Positions 59,278 to 64,000 of a stretch of 64,000 bases of DNA are shown piece after piece; within the stretch, counting starts at the first letter, position 1; every line of letters starts with the position of its first letter. The translations under genes were made by a program, and so were the position numbers. The stretch covers positions 97,898,001 to 97,962,000 of the forward strand of contig OZ024741.1 in the NCBI GenBank assembly GCA_964016885.1, written 5' to 3'. The notes beneath the pieces are model-generated. The model made no database searches. It was not told the origin of the DNA and worked only from the letters and a program-made list of their open reading frames with translations. This stretch comes from Eledone cirrhosa (Eukaryota).

Positions 59278-59640
59278 GGGCAGTGGATTGGCAGTATCGG
59301 TAGAGGGTCGGACGCCATGCTTTCCAGCATAGTTACGTCCCTTTACGATCTGAGTTCAAATCCCGCCGAGGTTGACTTTGCCTTTCATCCTTATGGGGTC
59401 GATAAAATAAAGTACCAGTAATGCACTGGGTAATTGCTGGCCTTGTGCCTAAAGTAGAAACAATTATTATTAATATTATTACGTAACCATGCTTTCCAGC
59501 ATAGTTACGTCCCTTTACGATCTGAGTTCAAATCCCGTCGAGGTTGACTTTGCCTTTCATCCTTACGGGGTCGATAAAATAAGGTACCAGTAATGCACTG
59601 GGTAATTACTGGCCTTGTGCCTAAAGTAGAAACAATTATT
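59278..59640 (+). mobile_element. SINE (59278-59468) plus tandem 5'-truncated copy (59487-59640)
   Basis: Family match; the second copy starts at CCATGCTTTCCAGC. Confidence 0.88.
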
Positions 59641-59933
59641 ATTAATATTTTTATTATTATTCTCTGCATTCCTTGCATCAAACTAAAATATGTTGACAAT
59701 CTTTTAATAATGTCTTCCGTGTGAAATTTGTGGTCTTGTTTTGCTTAACTAATGAATATTTCCAGCTCTGTGCACCTAACTCTGCAGGAACCCAGCCACC
59801 TAGCTGCTTTCTACTGCATATTGCACATTGAGCACATGCCTTTACGCTTTGGCTTCTAACTAATTCACCAATCTCTCCTCTCATATTTCCTCTCCTATCT
59901 CCATCTCTCTCTTTAAGATTGGTTACTCTTAAA

Positions 59934-60019
<86 letters not shown>

Positions 60020-60026
<7 letters not shown>

Positions 60027-61840
60027 AAGTTATATTTAAAATTGTTGGGTTACAACTAGTAAATATTTATAACTGATATAAAAGCACTCGACAAATATTT
60101 GGAGTATATTTACAATATTAAATAAATGGAAAACTATATTTATAAAACCATATTTATTTCATTATATATATTTCGGGGATATCATATTAACAATATGCTA
60201 TGCCTTCATCAGACAAAATACAATATAAACAGTTTTATAGATAAATAGATTCGACATACCGTAATAACACCGACTTCATTTGAAGAGGTTTACGCTGGCA
60301 GTGAAAAAATGTTATACAGATAGAAAGAAAGAGAGAAAAAAGAAAGAAAGACAAAACGAAGAAAAGGAAGAAAAAGAAGAAAAAGAAAAAGAAGAAATGC
60401 ATGGAACAAAATAAAGAGATGGAAAGATAGATAAAGCGAAGAACTTCATGTAAAGAAACAGAAAGAGACATATATATAGAGAGAGAGAGGAAATAGAGAT
60501 AGATACATATATATATATAGAAAATTAGGTAGTGGGAGGTCATTTTGAGTAAATGTATCAATGATACATTTATTTATTTATTTATTTATTTAGCTCAGGT
60601 ATTAATGTAAGGGAGATATATATAGAGAAAAAAATATAGAGAGAGGAAAAAAATAGCGAGAGAAAAAAATTTAAAAATAGCCAGACATATTCGAGGCGCA
60701 AAAACCCTATGTTTTAATGTATTAGTATTTATAAAACTTACACTATATTGTAATATAGTTATTTTTAATATCTTTAATATGTAAATTTTTAATACGTAAT
60801 ATTTTTTAATACGTAGTATTTTTAATATGTAATATTGTTATTATGTAATATTCTTTCGTAATATTTTTTTAGTGTTCTATTCTATATTTTTACTTATTAT
60901 TATTATTGTTATCTTTTTATTTTTAGTTTTGTTTATAATATATATTTTTATTAGTATATTGAAATCTGCTCTCTATTTCTGCTTGATAGATAATCTTGTA
61001 GAGTAATGACAGGAATAATAATACGCTCAAATTTTTATACCACATTGAGAATGTTTTCCGTGAACTTAGAGTTTGCAGAGTGAATCAGTTGGATTCGCAT
61101 GGATGTTTGTAGCTGTCACATAAACATATGAATTTTTTAAAACTAAACATAAGATAATTAATTTTCACACATTATGGATACTTGTCTCATTCAGGAATAC
61201 TGATATTTACAATATAGTGTAAGTTTTATAAATACTAATACATTAAAACATAGGGTTTTTGCGTCTCGAATATGTCTGGCTATTTTTAAATTTTTTTCTC
61301 TCGCTATTTTTTCCTCTCTCTATATTTTTTTCTCTATATATATCTCCCTTACATTAATACCTGAGCTAAATAAATAAATAAATAAATAAATGTATCATTG
61401 ATACATTTACTCAAAATGACCTCCCACTACCTAATTTTCTATATATATATGTATCTATCTCTATTTCCTCTCTCTCTATATATATATGTCTCTTTCTGTT
61501 TCTTTACATGAAGTTCTTCGCTTTATCTATCTTTCCATCTCTCTATTTTGTTCCATGCATTTCTTCTTTTTCTTTTTCTTCTTTTTCTTCCTTTTCTTCG
61601 TTTTGTCTTTCTTTCTTTTTTCTCTCTTTCTTTCTCTCTGTATAAATTTTTTTCACTGCCAGCGTAAACCTCTTCAAATGAAGTCGGTGTTATTACGGTA
61701 TGTCGAATCTATTTATCTATAAAACTGTTTATATTGTATTTTGTCTGATGAAGACATAGCATATTGTTAATATGATATCCCCGAAATATATATAATGAAA
61801 TAAATATGGTTTTATAAATATAGTTTTCCATTTATTTAAT

Positions 61841-61846
<6 letters not shown>
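60020..61846. mobile_element. ~640-bp fold-back (60111-60753 / 61207-61846) of a non-coding PLE-type 3' region, with hammerheads at 60155-60220 (minus) and 61737-61802 (plus)
   Basis: Mirrored ORFs 60235..60561 minus and 61486..61722 plus. Motif tattttgt-CTGATGA-ag(g/a)catagcatattgttaatatgatatcccc-GAAA-tatata-TA-atgaaata. (TA)n on both sides. Confidence 0.88.
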
Positions 61847-61892
<46 letters not shown>

Positions 61893-61896
<4 letters not shown>

Positions 61897-62336
61897 AAAG
61901 TTCTATTTAAAGTTGTTGGGATACAACAAGTAAATATTTTTATAACTGATATAAAGCACTCGACAAGTTATTGGAGTAGATATACGATATTAATAAATTG
62001 AAACTATATTTATAAAACCATATTTATTTCATCATACATATTTCAAGGATACCACATTAAATTATGGTATGCCTTCATCAGACAAAATACAATATATAAC
62101 AGTTTTACAAATAGCTTTGACGTACCCTTTTAAAATACAACCATTAGTTTTGACTATCCAGACAGCCTCCAAAACTAATGGTTGTATTTTAAAAGAGTAC
62201 GTCAAAGCTATTTGTAAAACTGTTATATATTGTATTTTGTCTGATGAAGGCATACCATAATTTAATGTGGTATCCCTGAAATATGTATAATGAAATAAAT
62301 ATGGTTTTATAAATATAGTTTCCATTTATTAATATC

Positions 62337-62340
<4 letters not shown>
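61893..62340. mobile_element. ~170-bp fold-back (61981-62152 / 62170-62340) of the same family, with hammerheads at 62025-62089 (minus) and 62233-62297 (plus)
   Basis: tattttgt-CTGATGA-aggcataccata-atttaa-tgtggtatccct-GAAA-tatgta-TA-atgaaata. The tail 61893-61980 matches 60020-60110. (TA)n on both sides. Confidence 0.88.
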
Positions 62341-62377
<37 letters not shown>

Positions 62378-62386
62378 GTTCAAGAC

Positions 62387-62424
<38 letters not shown>

Positions 62425-62478
62425 CATACATACATACATACATACATACATACATACATACATACATACATACATACA

Positions 62479-62529
<51 letters not shown>

Positions 62530-62759
62530 AAGTTAACTTAAAAATATGTCGCTAACAGGTAATATTGATGCTGGCCGCTGGAAACATGAAGTAGTTATTT
62601 AGTCGTAGACGTCTTAGGTCACCATTACCAATATACCTATTCTCTTTCCAATCGAAGATAGTAATACTGAGAAATATTATAACCCAATTTCACTATAAAC
62701 CTTCAATGTGTTCGTAACATTTGCTGTAATGTGGCATCATCTGCAGTTAGAATAATGCT

Positions 62760-63620
62760 CCGGTACCAATACTACAAGTCGACAAAGGGGTAAGTATCGA
62801 TCAAGTGGTCGTGGCATCGAGATTTTAAGGCATTCCCCATTTCATGTTTGTCAATGAACTGCCTGAAATCACTCGAGTGTTTCGTCCGTGAAGAATTGTT
62901 TCGCGTCTGGAGCCACCGGCTCCACCATCCCCTGGCTGCATCGGGCTTAATCCCTCACCCAGTGCAGTTTTGACAAACGTGAAGATCACCCCGGCGGTCA
63001 GGCTACTCTTGTTATTGCTCGCAGCGAGGGGGCGTTTGCCACGTTTATTTTTTCTTTCCTAAGAGTAATCAGACTGGTTGAAAAGAAAAGAAATAATGTT
63101 CCAGGTCTCCGTGAATGAATCTGTAAGTGACTGCCACATTCACCTTCAGTAGGTGGGACCAGACCTCAGCAATAGGGGAAGATATTAAATATTTGAGGGC
63201 GCTGGGTCGCATACTGTTGGCTCCTCTGCTCCTGTTAGTAACAAAGGACTTCATGGCAGTGACGTTGTCTGCCTTGGAGGCTACATTTAACGGATGCCTA
63301 TTCGATGGGTTATTTTTCTGGGGTCTCCGGATGGCTAGGGATGCTTGAGCTGAAAAGGGGCCCAAAACGAATCAGTTGAGTAGAGTACAGTGGTGTCCGA
63401 GGCAATTATTCTGATAGCAGCCTAAACATTACCCAAATTTAGCGTGACATTTCTCCCGTCATGCAATCGTTTTGAACTAGCATCATTGGGTGAGGACTGT
63501 GGATAGGTCTAGGAAGTGGGTGTAGCCTGGTCAGTTACGCCTTGGATAAATGCCTGCCCGATGGTGGAAATGTTGGACCTGACAAAAGCCGTTTGGCGAC
63601 AGTTCGTCTCAATCACCCTA
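62760..63620 (-). mobile_element. Decayed CRE-like non-LTR RT fragment
   Basis: GC-richer island. Frameshifted minus-strand peptides AAIRIIASD, LKHP, AMKSF..RSRGANSMRPSALK, FFSTSLITLRKE and LSPMQPGDG..ETILHG echo the CRE motifs FFGASLIAL.KK and L.P.QLGVG..G.EAIVH. Confidence 0.5.
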
Positions 63621-64000
63621 GATTGTAGGAGAGCCCGTGCGAACAGAGTAAAATAGAAACAACTCGGCCAGCGACTTGGTCGAGCCGAGTAGAAGCCCTC
63701 TTAACTGAAGATAATAAGGAATCGGCTTTTTCATGTAAATAATTTAAAATGAATTAAATACATAGTCAGTCCATAAACGAGAGTAGCTGCTTATATTCTA
63801 TATCACTTTCTACAGAATTAGATTCAATCTTCGTTGTGTTATGTTGGCAAACATATACAATTCTTTCTGTTTAGCCACGCCAATATAATATTTATAGCTT
63901 GTTTATTTAATTAATTTACACGAGAAGCGCCGGCTTAAACTATATTGGCTTAACCTGTGTTAAATCGTAGGATCAAACATCAAATTTTAGAAATTTATGA

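Overview
AT-rich, microsatellite-saturated eukaryotic (animal) DNA with no recognisable host gene. The SINE and repeat content suggests an octopus or other coleoid cephalopod, but that is inference. The IYIY, CVCV and poly-L/F/K ORFs are simple-repeat artefacts. Recognisable content: decayed non-LTR retrotransposons (RTE at 1.5-3.4 kb and 41.5-42.9 kb, R4-like at 32-33 kb, CRE-like at 62.8-63.6 kb), about a dozen copies of tRNA-derived SINEs, and Penelope-like elements (PLEs) with RT plus C-terminal GIY-YIG and a CxCx5C linker (15.5-16.8 kb, 20.1-20.5 kb, and a 5-kb head-to-head palindrome at 50.3-55.4 kb). The main signal is a recurring architecture. At least ten fold-back (inverted) duplications of 20 bp to 2.3 kb mostly abut (TA)n tracts. 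Many arms carry a minimal type-I hammerhead ribozyme motif (CUGANGA...GAAA-palindrome-UH) near their 3' end, and often only one arm keeps a short 3' tail with an ACTCC...GAGT motif. This looks like a population of (TA)n-targeted, ribozyme-bearing, mostly non-coding PLE derivatives (retrozyme-like) from several families. Coordinates, alignments and RNA folds were read by eye and may be off by a few bases.
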